Both the position numbers and the translations under genes were made by a program. A stretch of 64,000 nt of DNA, taken from contig CAWCLO010000003.1 in NCBI GenBank assembly GCA_963796455.1, forward strand, positions 224,001 to 288,000. Direction: 5' to 3'. Below, piece after piece: positions 49,976 to 60,566 of this stretch. Under the pieces are notes generated by a model, which was given only the letters and a program-made list of their open reading frames with translations, ran no database searches and was not told where the DNA came from. The DNA comes from Candidatus Sulfomarinibacteraceae bacterium. GTDB taxonomy: Bacteria > Acidobacteriota > Thermoanaerobaculia > Thermoanaerobaculales > Sulfomarinibacteraceae. Each line of letters begins with the position of its first letter. Position 1 is the first letter of the stretch.

Positions 49976-51898
49976 TCACTCGGGATCGAATGCCGAGGTG
50001 TCGCCGACGCCACAGATCTCGCCGGCCGGGTTGACGTAGACCTGCACGTTCGAGGTCTCGGTATCGGTCACCTCGATCGTATAAACGACGTCCGACAGGG
50101 CTCCATAGAACACCCAGTACTTGTTGTTGATGGGTACCCCGTTGAGCACCTTGACCACCAATTCGAGGTTCTCGCTGTTGAAGAACCAGAATGATCCGGT
50201 GTTGTCGGTACCCGGCACCACGGTGCCGACGCCAGTTTCTCCGTTGCGCTGATTGAGCCAGTCGACCTTGACTTCAAAACGATTGTCGAGCAGACACAGC
50301 GTCTCGGCGTCGGAAACACAGGTTCCGACTTTGGCAGCGGTCTTTGAGGTCACTCTTGTTTCGACATCAAAGACCTCTTCGCTCATCGGCATCACCGAAC
50401 CGACCCGGGCGCTCGCCATCTTGCCTTCGGGGAAGGCCTGGGTATCACCGAGTCCGCAGATGTCTCCGGGCACGTTGCGATACAAGACAACATCTCCATT
50501 GTCGGTATCGGTGGCGATGATCCAGTACTCAACATCCGACAACGCTCCGTAGAAGAGCCAATATGCGCCGGTGAGGGACCGTCCATCGAGCATCTTCACG
50601 ATCAACTCGATGTTGGACTGATTGAAGAACCACACGAATCCACTCTTGTTCGACGCCTCGATTGCTGTGCCGTAATCGTGGTTTCCGGTACGCTGGTCCC
50701 GCCACTCGGTCTCGATCTTGAACCGATTGTCGAGCAGGCAGAGATTGTCGCCACCGGCGGAACAGGTGGTCGAACCATCGTCATCCGTAATGACCACAAC
50801 AGCGGTGTCAAGATCACCGAGGACTGTGCCCGAGGGGTTGGTCAGCGTGAGCCGCACCAGTTTGGATCGTTCCGCGGTGCCGTCATTGGTGATCGGCACG
50901 GTAAAGGTCTTGTCGGCCGTTTCGCCGTCGCTCCACACCAGGGTGCCGGAGACGGAGGAATAATCGGAACCGGCGACGGCGCTGAGGTCTTCGGTCGAGT
51001 AGTCGACCGAAACCTGACCGCTGCTGCCACTGCCCCGGGTCACCGTCACGGTTGCCGAACCACCGTCTTCATCGACAAAGAAACCATCGCCGATGTACTC
51101 GATCCCAACTCCACTGCCATCTTCGACGATCGTCAGCAACATGGAGGATGGGCTACCGAGGACGGCCCCGCCGGTGGGATCCGAGAGTGCAACGTTGACG
51201 GTCGCGCTGACGATTCGTTCAGGGTTGTCGATGATCGGTACCTGAAAGGTCTTGGTGCCGCCCTGGCCGTCGGGCCAATCCAGTGATCCTGTCGTGGCAA
51301 CATAGTCGACCCCGGCAACGGCCGTCCCGTCGCTGGTGCCGTAGGTGACCGAAACCGCACCATCGGTGCCGTCGAATCGCGTCACCCTGATGGTGGCGAA
51401 GGCTTCTGCTCCACCTACACTCTGGGCCGGGCTGTCAAAAAAGAACGCCCCGGCACCACCGTATTTCAGCTGTGTTCTCTCGGCAACGCTGTTGCGGAAA
51501 AAGAATTCGCCATCATTCGCCACGCTGCCCGAGGACCCATCACGAAGCATCACGGAATCGACGACGAGACGGCCGGTCGGGGCCACCCGAAGCATCGAAT
51601 CACCGGCTCCATCCGCGGCGAAGGCAGTGCCGTCGATGACACTTCGATCCCAACCGTTTCCTTTGATGGTAATCACCGAGGTGACGTAGGGCAACGGACT
51701 TTTTAGAACAATTGAATAGTCCGTGGCAAATACGATCTCGTCTGGTTCTGACGTCGAATTCGCACGTTTGATCGCGTCACGCAACGACCCCGCTCCGGAG
51801 TCTGCGTTTGTCGTCACCACCAGAACCTCAGCACCAGCAAGCGGCACCGCGAGGACCGCCACGAAAAAGAGCATCATTGCAACTCGCAACTCTCTCAT
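49976..51898 (-). CDS. Secreted protein with two Calx-beta domains and a duplicated C-terminal domain
   Basis: Signal peptide, VTTNADSGAGSLRDAI, Calx-beta motifs (DGTAVAGVDY), two LCLLDNRF...WFFN...YGALSDV repeats. Confidence 0.82.
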   Translation of the reverse strand: MRELRVAMMLFFVAVLAVPLAGAEVLVVTTNADSGAGSLRDAIKRANSTSEPDEIVFATDYSIVLKSPLPYVTSVITIKGNGWDRSVIDGTAFAADGAGDSMLRVAPTGRLVVDSVMLRDGSSGSVANDGEFFFRNSVAERTQLKYGGAGAFFFDSPAQSVGGAEAFATIRVTRFDGTDGAVSVTYGTSDGTAVAGVDYVATTGSLDWPDGQGGTKTFQVPIIDNPERIVSATVNVALSDPTGGAVLGSPSSMLLTIVEDGSGVGIEYIGDGFFVDEDGGSATVTVTRGSGSSGQVSVDYSTEDLSAVAGSDYSSVSGTLVWSDGETADKTFTVPITNDGTAERSKLVRLTLTNPSGTVLGDLDTAVVVITDDDGSTTCSAGGDNLCLLDNRFKIETEWRDQRTGNHDYGTAIEASNKSGFVWFFNQSNIELIVKMLDGRSLTGAYWLFYGALSDVEYWIIATDTDNGDVVLYRNVPGDICGLGDTQAFPEGKMASARVGSVMPMSEEVFDVETRVTSKTAAKVGTCVSDAETLCLLDNRFEVKVDWLNQRNGETGVGTVVPGTDNTGSFWFFNSENLELVVKVLNGVPINNKYWVFYGALSDVVYTIEVTDTETSNVQVYVNPAGEICGVGDTSAFDPE

Positions 51899-52132
51899 TG
51901 TTCCCCCATCACCTATCTTTCGATTGAATGTCTCGATGACACGTCACAATTCGCCAGAATCTTAACACGTAGCCTTTTTTCCACAGAGCAAGGAAAAGTA
52001 ACAACCCCGTAAAAATGCTGTGAACCAGGTTCTCTTCGTGGTCCTCGGTGATCACGGTCACCGGACTCGTCAACGACGGCCTTACTGGCGTTTACGCCAC
52101 AGGCACCCCGAATGTTTAGGCTCTCGAGCGAA

Positions 52133-53653
52133 TCAATCGTCAAAACGGCCTTTTGGCGGCTTGATCACAGCGCCCGAGGCAACTGTTATACGAAGAAAAC
52201 GGCCCTGGCTGAGCCGCGACAGCCACCATTCACCCACCTCGAAGCTGACCATCGATTCCGCATCCGCGACAAAATCGCCGTTGACGGCGTCAAAAACGGC
52301 AACGGTGAGAAATGGCGGTGGGGCGATCGTTTCGGAGCCGATCTGAGAATCAAAGAGCACGGTAAAGGGAATGTCGGCGCGAGAGCGCTGATAGTCAAAG
52401 AATGCTGCGAGGGTTCGGTCAGCGACGATGACGGCCCCTCGCTGACCCGCCTCGTGCATCGCCATGGACACACCCTGCACCGCCGGAGATTCGAATCGGC
52501 GGTACTCGCCGAGTGCCGGTTGGGCGGCAACAAAGCTCATCAAACAGAGGGCTGTGACGAACAGAGTCGTCCATCCTTTGCAGAGGGCCGCCATCCCGAG
52601 GACCGCAAAACCCGAGCCCAGCGCCACAATCGGCAGAAAATAGCGGACATTCCCGGCATACGAAAAGCCAGCAACTGCCACCACAATCGGAAGGAGCCCA
52701 AAAAAGGCTGCGACCACCCCGGCCGGGAGATTCGTGCGCTGGCGAAAGAGAAGGGCAAAACCCAGGATCACGAGCCCGCTCCACAAAACGGCGAGAGCCG
52801 GCAGTAGGAAGGCCCGCGCCAGCCCCATTTCGGAGTATTGCAGGGTGGCGCCTGCCAGGCTGCCGAAGTGGTATTGGCGGTGCTCGGTCATCGCCTGCTG
52901 CAGGGGCCCCAAACCGCCGGCGTCGATTGCGACAAGCGCAAAGCCTCCCAGGACCAGTGCCGCCAGCGGCACTGACACCGACAACCGCTCTCTCCGGCTT
53001 TTTGAAATCACCATTCGATAGACCGCGATGGCGGCCACCGCCGGGACCAGGTGGGGACGGACCAGAAGACAGCATCCGGCCATGATCGATCCCGTAGCCC
53101 CACCTCGCGCTCCACCGTCATTCCGAAGCCAGAATGCGAGGCTGGCAGCAAGGAGCGCTGTCGCCAGAGGACCACTGAACGCACGACTGCTGAGAAACAG
53201 GGTCGATGGTGTGAAGAGGTAAAGGAGGGAGCCGGCTATCGCCAGATCCCGGCGAAGCCAGAGATTGAAGAGGGCGGTGAGCGGAAATATCACCCACAGA
53301 CTCGCCGCCCAGCTGACGATCTGAAGCGCTCGCGCAGGGTCATCCACCATCAGGTGAACCACTTTCCCGAGACCGATCCAGAGCGGAAACCACGGCGGAT
53401 GGGGGTGGTTGGCGGTGGCATCGAAATCGACCACCGCAGCCGCGAAATAGGCTTCGTCCTGTTCCCAGATCGATGCCGGAAAGGCAACGGTCCGCGAAAA
53501 AACAATGACCGCCAGAAGCAGGATCGTCGCGCCGACGTCGAGTCGCCGATTCGAGAGACCAAACAAGGAGACCGAAAAAATCGGGTTCGACGGCCCGAGG
53601 GTCTCGGATGGTGCCCACCACGGACTGCGAAGCGCTTCTGAAGAGATCGTCAT
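52133..53653 (-). CDS. Polytopic membrane protein, probable GT-C glycosyltransferase
   Basis: WEQDE, PHPPWFPL, NVRYFLP and many TM helices. Confidence 0.6.
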   Translation of the reverse strand: MTISSEALRSPWWAPSETLGPSNPIFSVSLFGLSNRRLDVGATILLLAVIVFSRTVAFPASIWEQDEAYFAAAVVDFDATANHPHPPWFPLWIGLGKVVHLMVDDPARALQIVSWAASLWVIFPLTALFNLWLRRDLAIAGSLLYLFTPSTLFLSSRAFSGPLATALLAASLAFWLRNDGGARGGATGSIMAGCCLLVRPHLVPAVAAIAVYRMVISKSRRERLSVSVPLAALVLGGFALVAIDAGGLGPLQQAMTEHRQYHFGSLAGATLQYSEMGLARAFLLPALAVLWSGLVILGFALLFRQRTNLPAGVVAAFFGLLPIVVAVAGFSYAGNVRYFLPIVALGSGFAVLGMAALCKGWTTLFVTALCLMSFVAAQPALGEYRRFESPAVQGVSMAMHEAGQRGAVIVADRTLAAFFDYQRSRADIPFTVLFDSQIGSETIAPPPFLTVAVFDAVNGDFVADAESMVSFEVGEWWLSRLSQGRFLRITVASGAVIKPPKGRFDD

Positions 53654-53744
53654 ATCGAAGTCACCACAGTGTATTGCATCACCGCACCGCATCTCCACGC
53701 ACCCGAGACAACGGGATTCGGCGCAAGGTAGTAGGATCGCTTCG

Positions 53745-54431
53745 ATGACAACGTACTCGGTCCACGCGCACGAAATCCATCTCCGGTGGTCCTCGATGAC
53801 TGAGGCTGAGGGGCGAATCGACGCATTGCGACGTCTGCTCGAGGAGCGGGAACTCGACAGGGCCGATCGTTTCCGGGTCGAGAAGGCTCGCCGCCGATTC
53901 ATCAACGCCCGAGCCGCGCTGCGTCTGGTTCTCGGTGAATTTGTCGCTTCACGTCCTGAAGAGATCGTGTTTTGTTATGGAAAACGCGGCAAACCACGGC
54001 TCCCGGGTAGCGATCTCTACTTCAATGCCAGCGATTCAGGAGACATCGTGGTCATCGGGCTTGCCGGTGAGGAACTCGGCGTTGATCTCGAGATGCGTCG
54101 TCCCCTCGGCCGTCCCGAGCAGCTGGCCCGCCGGGTCTGTGCGGCGACCGAGCTGGAGACCTGGCGCAACCTCCCGGAGGCGCTGCAAAACCCGGTGCTC
54201 CTCCGGCTCTGGACCTGTAAAGAAGCGATCCTCAAGGCGGTCGGGACCGGTCTCAGCGGAGGACTGACGAATGCCGTGGTCGATCTGCAACCCGACGGGT
54301 CGACCCCGAGAGGGGCTTTTTTTGACGACGAATTGACCCTGCTTCCGATCCAAATTCCCGCCGACGTCGTCGGGACCGTCGCGATCCGCGGCGCCGGATG
54401 GTCGATGGTTCATTCTCGGATGCAGCTCTGA
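53745..54431 (+). CDS. 4'-phosphopantetheinyl transferase (Sfp type)
   Basis: GKPRL, FNASDSG, LGVDLE, WTCKEAILKAVGTG. Confidence 0.88.
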   Translation: MTTYSVHAHEIHLRWSSMTEAEGRIDALRRLLEERELDRADRFRVEKARRRFINARAALRLVLGEFVASRPEEIVFCYGKRGKPRLPGSDLYFNASDSGDIVVIGLAGEELGVDLEMRRPLGRPEQLARRVCAATELETWRNLPEALQNPVLLRLWTCKEAILKAVGTGLSGGLTNAVVDLQPDGSTPRGAFFDDELTLLPIQIPADVVGTVAIRGAGWSMVHSRMQL

Positions 54432-54443
54432 TAGGATCATTCG

Positions 54444-54580
54444 GTGATGCACACGGCCCAGACCGCAGGCAATTGGCGCCGCCTCAACACGACCGGTTAT
54501 TACGCCGGTTCCATTCGGTGCCAGTGGCCTTCTGTCTGAGGATATTTCAGAGGGCCCGCTGGCAACGGCGGGGCCTCGAC
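54444..54580 (+). promoter_or_regulatory. Putative leader peptide / attenuator of the tyrA operon
   Basis: ORF 54447-54539 (in-frame GTG at 54444) contains TAT-TAC and two TGG codons. Mutually exclusive hairpins lie at 54519-54564 and 54550-54577. Confidence 0.55.
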
Positions 54581-54614
54581 CCCGCCTGGCCCGCAGCCCT
54601 CCCAAGGAGCCCCC

Positions 54615-55751
54615 ATGCGGACCGACGAAACTTCCCAAACCGGCACCGAGATGCTCGACCAACACCGGCGAGATATCGAGGCCCTGGATCGCCGCATCCT
54701 GCACCTGGTCTGTGAACGGCTCGAACTGGCGCGACAGATCGGCGAACTCAAACAGAGCTCCGGCGTTCCCCTTCGCAACTTCAAGGTCGAAGCGGAGGTC
54801 TACCGTCGTTTTGAAGATGCCAGCAAGTACCTCGGTCTCGACGAAGTCGTCGGTCGCGATCTGGCGAAATATCTGATCGGGAAAGCGGTCGAGGAACAGG
54901 CGGCCCACCGCGACACGGTTTATCAGGGCAATGCGTTACGAACTCTGGTGGTCGGCGGCAAGGGAGGCATGGGCCGCTGGATCGCGCGTCTGCTCCAGGG
55001 GCAGGGCCACCGTGTCAGGATTTTCGACCCCGATCCGGGTGACAGTCCGCTGACCGAGGTCGACGATCTCGAAACGGCCGCACCCGAAGCGGACCTCATT
55101 ATCCTGGCAGTGCCGATGACTGCCTGCGCAAAGGTTCTGAAAGAGCTTTCCGCCCTCCAGGTAGGTGGTGTCATTGCGGAGATGTGCAGCCTCAAGGCCC
55201 ACCTCCAGCCCCTGATGGATTCCCTCCGCGAAGACGGCATGCGTCTGGTGTCCTTCCACCCCCTGTTCGGTCCCGATGTGAGGATGCTGTCCGGGCGCAC
55301 CATCGTCTTTTGCGATGAGGCCCGGGCGCAAGACATCGAGGTTGTCCGCGGGCTCTTCACCGAGACCTCGGCCCGCCTCGTCCAGATGTCGATCGCAGAA
55401 CACGATCGGAGGATGGGACTGGTCCTCGGTCTGACCCACCTCGCCAATCTGGTTTTTGCCCGCGCCCTCTCCCACTCCGAACTCCCGGCCGAGGATCTGG
55501 CCGAAGTGGCCGGCGTGACCTTCAAGAAACAACTCGGAACAACCGGCGAAGTGGCATCGGAGAACCCCGGTCTCTACTTCGAGATCCAGGCCCTCAACAA
55601 GCTCACACCGGAGACCGGCCGCTGGTTGCGTCGGGCGCTCGACGAGTGGCTGAGCGTGGTCGAAAACAATGATGCCGCGGCGTTCACCGAACTTATGACC
55701 TCGTGCAACGAGTATCTCGAAGGAACGCGGCTCGAGGGGACCGGTCCGTGA
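54615..55751 (+). CDS. tyrA: Chorismate mutase / prephenate dehydrogenase
   Basis: AroQ N-domain (RRDIEALDRRI...R..LARQIG), VGGKGGMG, SFHPLFGP, EHDRRMG. Confidence 0.88.
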   Translation: MRTDETSQTGTEMLDQHRRDIEALDRRILHLVCERLELARQIGELKQSSGVPLRNFKVEAEVYRRFEDASKYLGLDEVVGRDLAKYLIGKAVEEQAAHRDTVYQGNALRTLVVGGKGGMGRWIARLLQGQGHRVRIFDPDPGDSPLTEVDDLETAAPEADLIILAVPMTACAKVLKELSALQVGGVIAEMCSLKAHLQPLMDSLREDGMRLVSFHPLFGPDVRMLSGRTIVFCDEARAQDIEVVRGLFTETSARLVQMSIAEHDRRMGLVLGLTHLANLVFARALSHSELPAEDLAEVAGVTFKKQLGTTGEVASENPGLYFEIQALNKLTPETGRWLRRALDEWLSVVENNDAAAFTELMTSCNEYLEGTRLEGTGP

Positions 55752-56863
55752 GAACCATCGATACCATCATCGCGGCCCTCGATGGCCACGGCCCGCCAAC
55801 ATCCTCGTGGCTCGTCGGGGAGCCCTGTGTGGCTCCTCCAGGTGTTTTGTGCGAGGCCTTTCAACGTGCCGCACGGTCCGCCCGTTTCCCCTATCCGCCG
55901 ATCGGTGGATTGCCCCAGCTTCGTGAGGTGCTCGCGAGTCGCCACCGAGAAGGCGGGTCGACCGTGGATCCGAAACAGGTTGTTGTGACCGCGGGCGCCA
56001 AGGGTGGATTGTTTGCTGTGTTGGCCGCCTTGCTCGAGCCCGGCGACGAACTCATTCACCCCCGGCCCTGTTATCCCGCGTATCCCAAGATGGCGAGCCG
56101 GCTCGGGGCACGGCCCATCGCTGTTGCGGAGGACGCCGGGTCTTTTGCAGACTGGGCGTCTTCGGTCGCCGAGAAAATCACCGCACAGACCCGCGCGGTC
56201 ATCCTTGCCACGCCTTCCAATCCATCCGGTTCGACTCTCACCGGCAAGGATGCGGCCGAACTGGTCGACATCTGTCGCCGCAAAAATATCCGACTCATCT
56301 GCGATGAGGCCTACGGGGACTTCCGGTTCAGGAATGCCGATGACGATCTGGCTGCGGACTTCGACCCCTCAAGAGAAACTGTCATCCAGATCCGAAGCGT
56401 GTCCAAAAGCTGGGCCTTGTGTGGTTGGCGCGTCGGTTGGGTGGTGGCCGATCCGGTGTTTGCTGCGAGGGTTGCAAGCTGCCACGCATCGTTTTTGAAT
56501 CCGGCATCGGGGCCGGCCCAGGAGGCCCTCCTCGCCCTACCGGATATCCCCGAGAACTACCTCTCCGATGCCAGAGAAGTTGTCGCGGGGCGAATCACCG
56601 ATGTCCGCCGGTCCCTCGAAGCGGTGGGGCTCGAACCCAAATCGCCGGGGGGCGGCTTCTACCTCTGGTTCGATATCGGACACATCACATCAGCATCGGT
56701 CACCGCGACCAGATGGTGTCGCGATCTGGCCGAGACCGAGGGAGTGGGCCTCTGGCCCGGCGAAGATTTTCAAGGACCGGATTACGTGCGTCTCTCGGTG
56801 ACAGGGCCGTCCGATGCTTCGTGGCAGCAATCCCTCGATCAACTCGTCTCGGCTCTTGGGTGA
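55748..56863 (+). CDS. PLP-dependent aminotransferase class I/II
   Basis: TAGAKGGL, PSNPSG, DEAY, SVSKSWALCGWRVGW. Confidence 0.88.
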   Translation: MRTIDTIIAALDGHGPPTSSWLVGEPCVAPPGVLCEAFQRAARSARFPYPPIGGLPQLREVLASRHREGGSTVDPKQVVVTAGAKGGLFAVLAALLEPGDELIHPRPCYPAYPKMASRLGARPIAVAEDAGSFADWASSVAEKITAQTRAVILATPSNPSGSTLTGKDAAELVDICRRKNIRLICDEAYGDFRFRNADDDLAADFDPSRETVIQIRSVSKSWALCGWRVGWVVADPVFAARVASCHASFLNPASGPAQEALLALPDIPENYLSDAREVVAGRITDVRRSLEAVGLEPKSPGGGFYLWFDIGHITSASVTATRWCRDLAETEGVGLWPGEDFQGPDYVRLSVTGPSDASWQQSLDQLVSALG

Positions 56864-56933
56864 CATGGATCATCGATCTTCAGGTATAGTCGGGCAACCG
56901 GGCCGATTCCCGGAAGGGGCAATGGAGGATGTT

Positions 56934-58235
56934 ATGAAATCTCGTTTTCTGGTTTGTTTTGCGATCACGCTTGTGAGCCTCGGTTTGGCGGCTACGGTTG
57001 TGGCCGATGAGCCGCAAAAAGACCGTCTGACCTATGTGGAAAAGACGAAATACCCGGTCATGGATGAGATGAAGGAAGCCAGCGACGCACAACAGAAGGC
57101 CGCCGAAGCCGAGACTGCGGAGATCCTCGCCCAGGTGAGCGAAGCAAAAAAGGCGCGTGACGAGGCCAAGCGAGAGCTGCGTTTCGACATGACGGGGATC
57201 GACCGGCCCGCAGCCCCCGGTTCGTTTGCAACTCAGGCCTGGCATTTTCCACCCACACCGCAATACCGTACCGGGACATGCTGGAGCTTTGCCACCACCT
57301 CGTTCATGGAATCGGAGATCTATCGCCAATCCGGTCATGAGATCAAGCTTTCGGAGATGTGGACCGCGTACTGGGAGTTCGTCAACAAGGCGCGCGGTTT
57401 TGTCGCGACGCGAGGTGAGTCGTACCTGGGTCAAGGCTCACAGTCAAACGCTCTTTTGCGTGTATATCGGGAACACGGCGTGGTCCCACGATCCGCCTAC
57501 GAAGGCGTCCTGGCAGAAGATGGGCGTTTCGATCACAACGGGATGATGGACCAGATCAAGGCCTTTCTCCATTGGTGCCGCGACAACGACTATTGGAACG
57601 AAGAGGTCATCATCGGCTGTGTTCGCCTCATCCTCGATTCGACCATGGGCCGGCCGCCGGAGCATGCCGAGTGGAAAGGATCAAAGATCGATCCACAAGC
57701 GTTTCTCGCCGATGTCTGCGGCATCGACCCCGATGACTATGTGAGTTTGATCTCCACTCTTTCCATTCCGTTCTGGACGCTCGGTTCTTACGCCGTACCC
57801 GACAACTGGTGGCACGATACGAGCTATATCAACGTTCCGCTGGATACTTTTTATGGGGTGATCAAGGACGCCGCGGCCGCCGGTCAGAGCCTGGTCATCG
57901 GCGGGGATGTATCGGAACCGGGACTATGGGGTCTTCAGGACGTGGCGCTCGTCCCGACCTTCGACATTCCTCAGGCCTATATCGACCAGGATTCGCGGGA
58001 GTTACGTTTTGTCAATCGATCGACGACCGACGATCACCTCATCCACGTGCTTGGCGTGACCCGAATCGACGACCACGACTGGTTCCTCATCAAGGACTCC
58101 AACCGGTCCTCGCGCGCCGGCCAATTCGAGGGTTACTACTTCTTCAGGGACGATTACATTCGCTTGAAGATACTCATGACAACGGTCCACCGCGACTGGG
58201 TTGCCGAGATCATCAAGCGAGTCGACGCCGAGTAG
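56934..58235 (+). CDS. Exported C1 cysteine peptidase (aminopeptidase C-like)
   Basis: QYRTGTCWSF, TTDDHLIH, IKDS and a signal peptide. Confidence 0.85.
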   Translation: MKSRFLVCFAITLVSLGLAATVVADEPQKDRLTYVEKTKYPVMDEMKEASDAQQKAAEAETAEILAQVSEAKKARDEAKRELRFDMTGIDRPAAPGSFATQAWHFPPTPQYRTGTCWSFATTSFMESEIYRQSGHEIKLSEMWTAYWEFVNKARGFVATRGESYLGQGSQSNALLRVYREHGVVPRSAYEGVLAEDGRFDHNGMMDQIKAFLHWCRDNDYWNEEVIIGCVRLILDSTMGRPPEHAEWKGSKIDPQAFLADVCGIDPDDYVSLISTLSIPFWTLGSYAVPDNWWHDTSYINVPLDTFYGVIKDAAAAGQSLVIGGDVSEPGLWGLQDVALVPTFDIPQAYIDQDSRELRFVNRSTTDDHLIHVLGVTRIDDHDWFLIKDSNRSSRAGQFEGYYFFRDDYIRLKILMTTVHRDWVAEIIKRVDAE

Positions 58236-58425
58236 AGATCTACAGTCTCGGCTTCGATTCCAGGAGTGGGTTTTTCCAAATCCGCTCGAGCGGTTTGCAA
58301 CCGTAAAGATCAGAAGTGAGCAATGAGTTTCGCCAGAACCGCCTGAGAAAAATCCTTGCGCCGGCTTCGCGGACTTTGCGTCTTCGCGTTTGCAAGGCCA
58401 ATGACACGGGTGGCTCGCTTCGGAT

Positions 58426-59223
58426 TCAGTCGTCGCCTTCGAGCCAATCGGGTGTGCTTTTGGTCTCGAGAAACGCCCGGACGCCGGTTCGGCAATCCGG
58501 ATCCATCCGCTGGCTGATATTTGCCTCGGCCGCAACCTCCAGCGCCTCGCGCCACCCAAGACCCACCGTCTCGTTGAGGAGCGCTTTGGTGGCCGCCAGG
58601 GCGGAAGGAGAGGCCTTGGCGCACACCGAGCGGGCAAGCGCGACCGCCGCCTCGATGCAACCGCCGTTCGGTGCCAACTCGTCCGCCAGACCGAGAGCCA
58701 CCGCACGTTCGCCATTGATCATCTCCGGATCGAGGAGCAGTCGCCGGGCGACGTGGCCCGGGACCCTCCGGGTTAGAAACGTCAGCACCATCGCGGCCAG
58801 AAAGCCGATCTTGACCTCGGTATAGGCGAAGCGGGCGCCGGGCTCGGCAACGACAAGATCGCAGGCCGTCGCGAGCCCGCAACCGCCGGCCACTGCCGCG
58901 CCGTGAACCGCGGCCACGGTCAGTTTTGGGTGGCCGATCAAGACCTCGAAGAGCCGACGCAGGTGTTCGGTGTCCCGACGAGCCGCCTCCTCGTCTCCAC
59001 CAGTCGCCAGCGCTTCGAGCGCTGAAAGATCGGCGCCGGCTGAAAAATGCTGACCGGATCCGGTCAAGACGACCGCACGGATGGTGTCATCGGTTGCGGC
59101 GCCTGCCAACGCGGTTCGCAAAGCCTCGACCATGGCGGAGGACAATGGATTCGCCCGTTTGGGATCGTTGAGAGAAAGAACCACCACCGGTCCGTCGCGA
59201 TGTTTCAATACCTGTTCGGTCAT
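58426..59223 (-). CDS. Enoyl-CoA hydratase/isomerase (methylglutaconyl-CoA hydratase-like)
   Basis: FSAGADL, AVAGGCGLATACD, TEVKIG. Confidence 0.9.
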   Translation of the reverse strand: MTEQVLKHRDGPVVVLSLNDPKRANPLSSAMVEALRTALAGAATDDTIRAVVLTGSGQHFSAGADLSALEALATGGDEEAARRDTEHLRRLFEVLIGHPKLTVAAVHGAAVAGGCGLATACDLVVAEPGARFAYTEVKIGFLAAMVLTFLTRRVPGHVARRLLLDPEMINGERAVALGLADELAPNGGCIEAAVALARSVCAKASPSALAATKALLNETVGLGWREALEVAAEANISQRMDPDCRTGVRAFLETKSTPDWLEGDD

Positions 59224-59237
59224 GGATTCATCCTAAC

Positions 59238-60335
59238 TCATCGTCCAGCGGCCCGTTGATAGACAGCCAGCAGCTGTGGCAGGACGGTTTCGGACGCAAA
59301 CAGGTTGGCGCGTTCATAACCTCTTTCACGGAGACGACGGCGGAGGTCGCGATTCGAAATCACCGCTTCGAGAGCCCCCGCCAGATCAGCGGAGTCTTCC
59401 GGATCGATATAGAGCGCTGCCTCGCCAGCGACCTCGGGCAACGACGATCTCCCCGAGGTCACAACCGGCGCGCCACACGCCATTGCCTCGGCTACCGGCA
59501 GACCGAATCCTTCAGCCAGGGAGGGAAAGACAAATGCTCTGGCACGGCGGTACAGGGATGCCAGAGAATCATCCGAAACTTCACCGATCGGCACGACCCA
59601 ACCGCGCTGTGCCATGGATTCGAGACGCTGTCGAACTTCGCCCTGCTTCCATCCTGTCGCAGCCACCACCACCAGCTGGTGCGACCTTTTGATGCCCTCG
59701 GCAAGTTGTTCCCACGCATCGGCGAGCCGCCCGATGTTCTTTCGTGGTTCGAGGCTCCCGACCGCAAGCACATAGGGACGGTTGATGCCGAGTGACCGCG
59801 CCGCCTCGAGATCCGCCTGGGCATCACCCGCCGGCGTGAAGTTCCGACCGATGATCGGCGGCACGACCTCGATTGTTTCAGGAGGGACGGCCAGCAGGCG
59901 GAGGGCCTCACGGCGGGTGGCCTCGGAAACCGACAACAAGATTGCGCCCCGGGCCAGGGCCTCGGAGAGCGAGGTCAAGGTCCGCACCCGATTGCCGATG
60001 ACGTGGTATTCGGGATGACTGAGGGCCGTCAGGTCGTGCAGGGTAAAGATATGGCACGGTGCCCCCGGCTCCGGCATCGCAAAACCGGGGGCATGGAAAA
60101 GATCGAGCTTCTCGAGCTCGTCGCGATCGGGCTGGGCAGTGACCACCCGTGACGGCAGCTCTCCGAAGACGTCTTCATAGAGCTTGCGCCGGGGCGCACG
60201 ACCATCGAGATCGAAGAGCACCAGGTCATGATCGACACCCGGGGTCGAGAGCGCTCGCACCAGTTCGCGGGTGAATGTGGTCACCCCGCCCTTGCCATGC
60301 AGCACCCGACCGACGTCAATCCCGATCCGCATCAA
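59238..60335 (-). CDS. Glycosyltransferase family 4
   Basis: EPRKN and EGFGLPVAEAMACG. Confidence 0.92.
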   Translation of the reverse strand: MMRIGIDVGRVLHGKGGVTTFTRELVRALSTPGVDHDLVLFDLDGRAPRRKLYEDVFGELPSRVVTAQPDRDELEKLDLFHAPGFAMPEPGAPCHIFTLHDLTALSHPEYHVIGNRVRTLTSLSEALARGAILLSVSEATRREALRLLAVPPETIEVVPPIIGRNFTPAGDAQADLEAARSLGINRPYVLAVGSLEPRKNIGRLADAWEQLAEGIKRSHQLVVVAATGWKQGEVRQRLESMAQRGWVVPIGEVSDDSLASLYRRARAFVFPSLAEGFGLPVAEAMACGAPVVTSGRSSLPEVAGEAALYIDPEDSADLAGALEAVISNRDLRRRLRERGYERANLFASETVLPQLLAVYQRAAGR

Positions 60336-60566
60336 TCAGGTTTCCCGGTCTCTCGAGCACTCGCGCCGCAGTCCTTCGAGATGTTGGAGAAGAGCTTCGC
60401 CGGTGGCCCGGGAGAGCCGTCCATCGGCCATCGCCGCTGCCACCTCCGCCTCGGATCCAGCCAGCTGCCGCCTCCACTTCCACCTTCGCGCGATCGGTCG
60501 CAGTGCCGCGAGACCGATCACCGCCGCGGCCATCACGAGCACCAAGATTGGCAGGACCCAGGTCAT
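60336..60566 (-). CDS. Small hypothetical membrane protein
   Basis: 76 aa with an N-terminal TM, tightly coupled between two GT genes. Confidence 0.6.
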   Translation of the reverse strand: MTWVLPILVLVMAAAVIGLAALRPIARRWKWRRQLAGSEAEVAAAMADGRLSRATGEALLQHLEGLRRECSRDRET

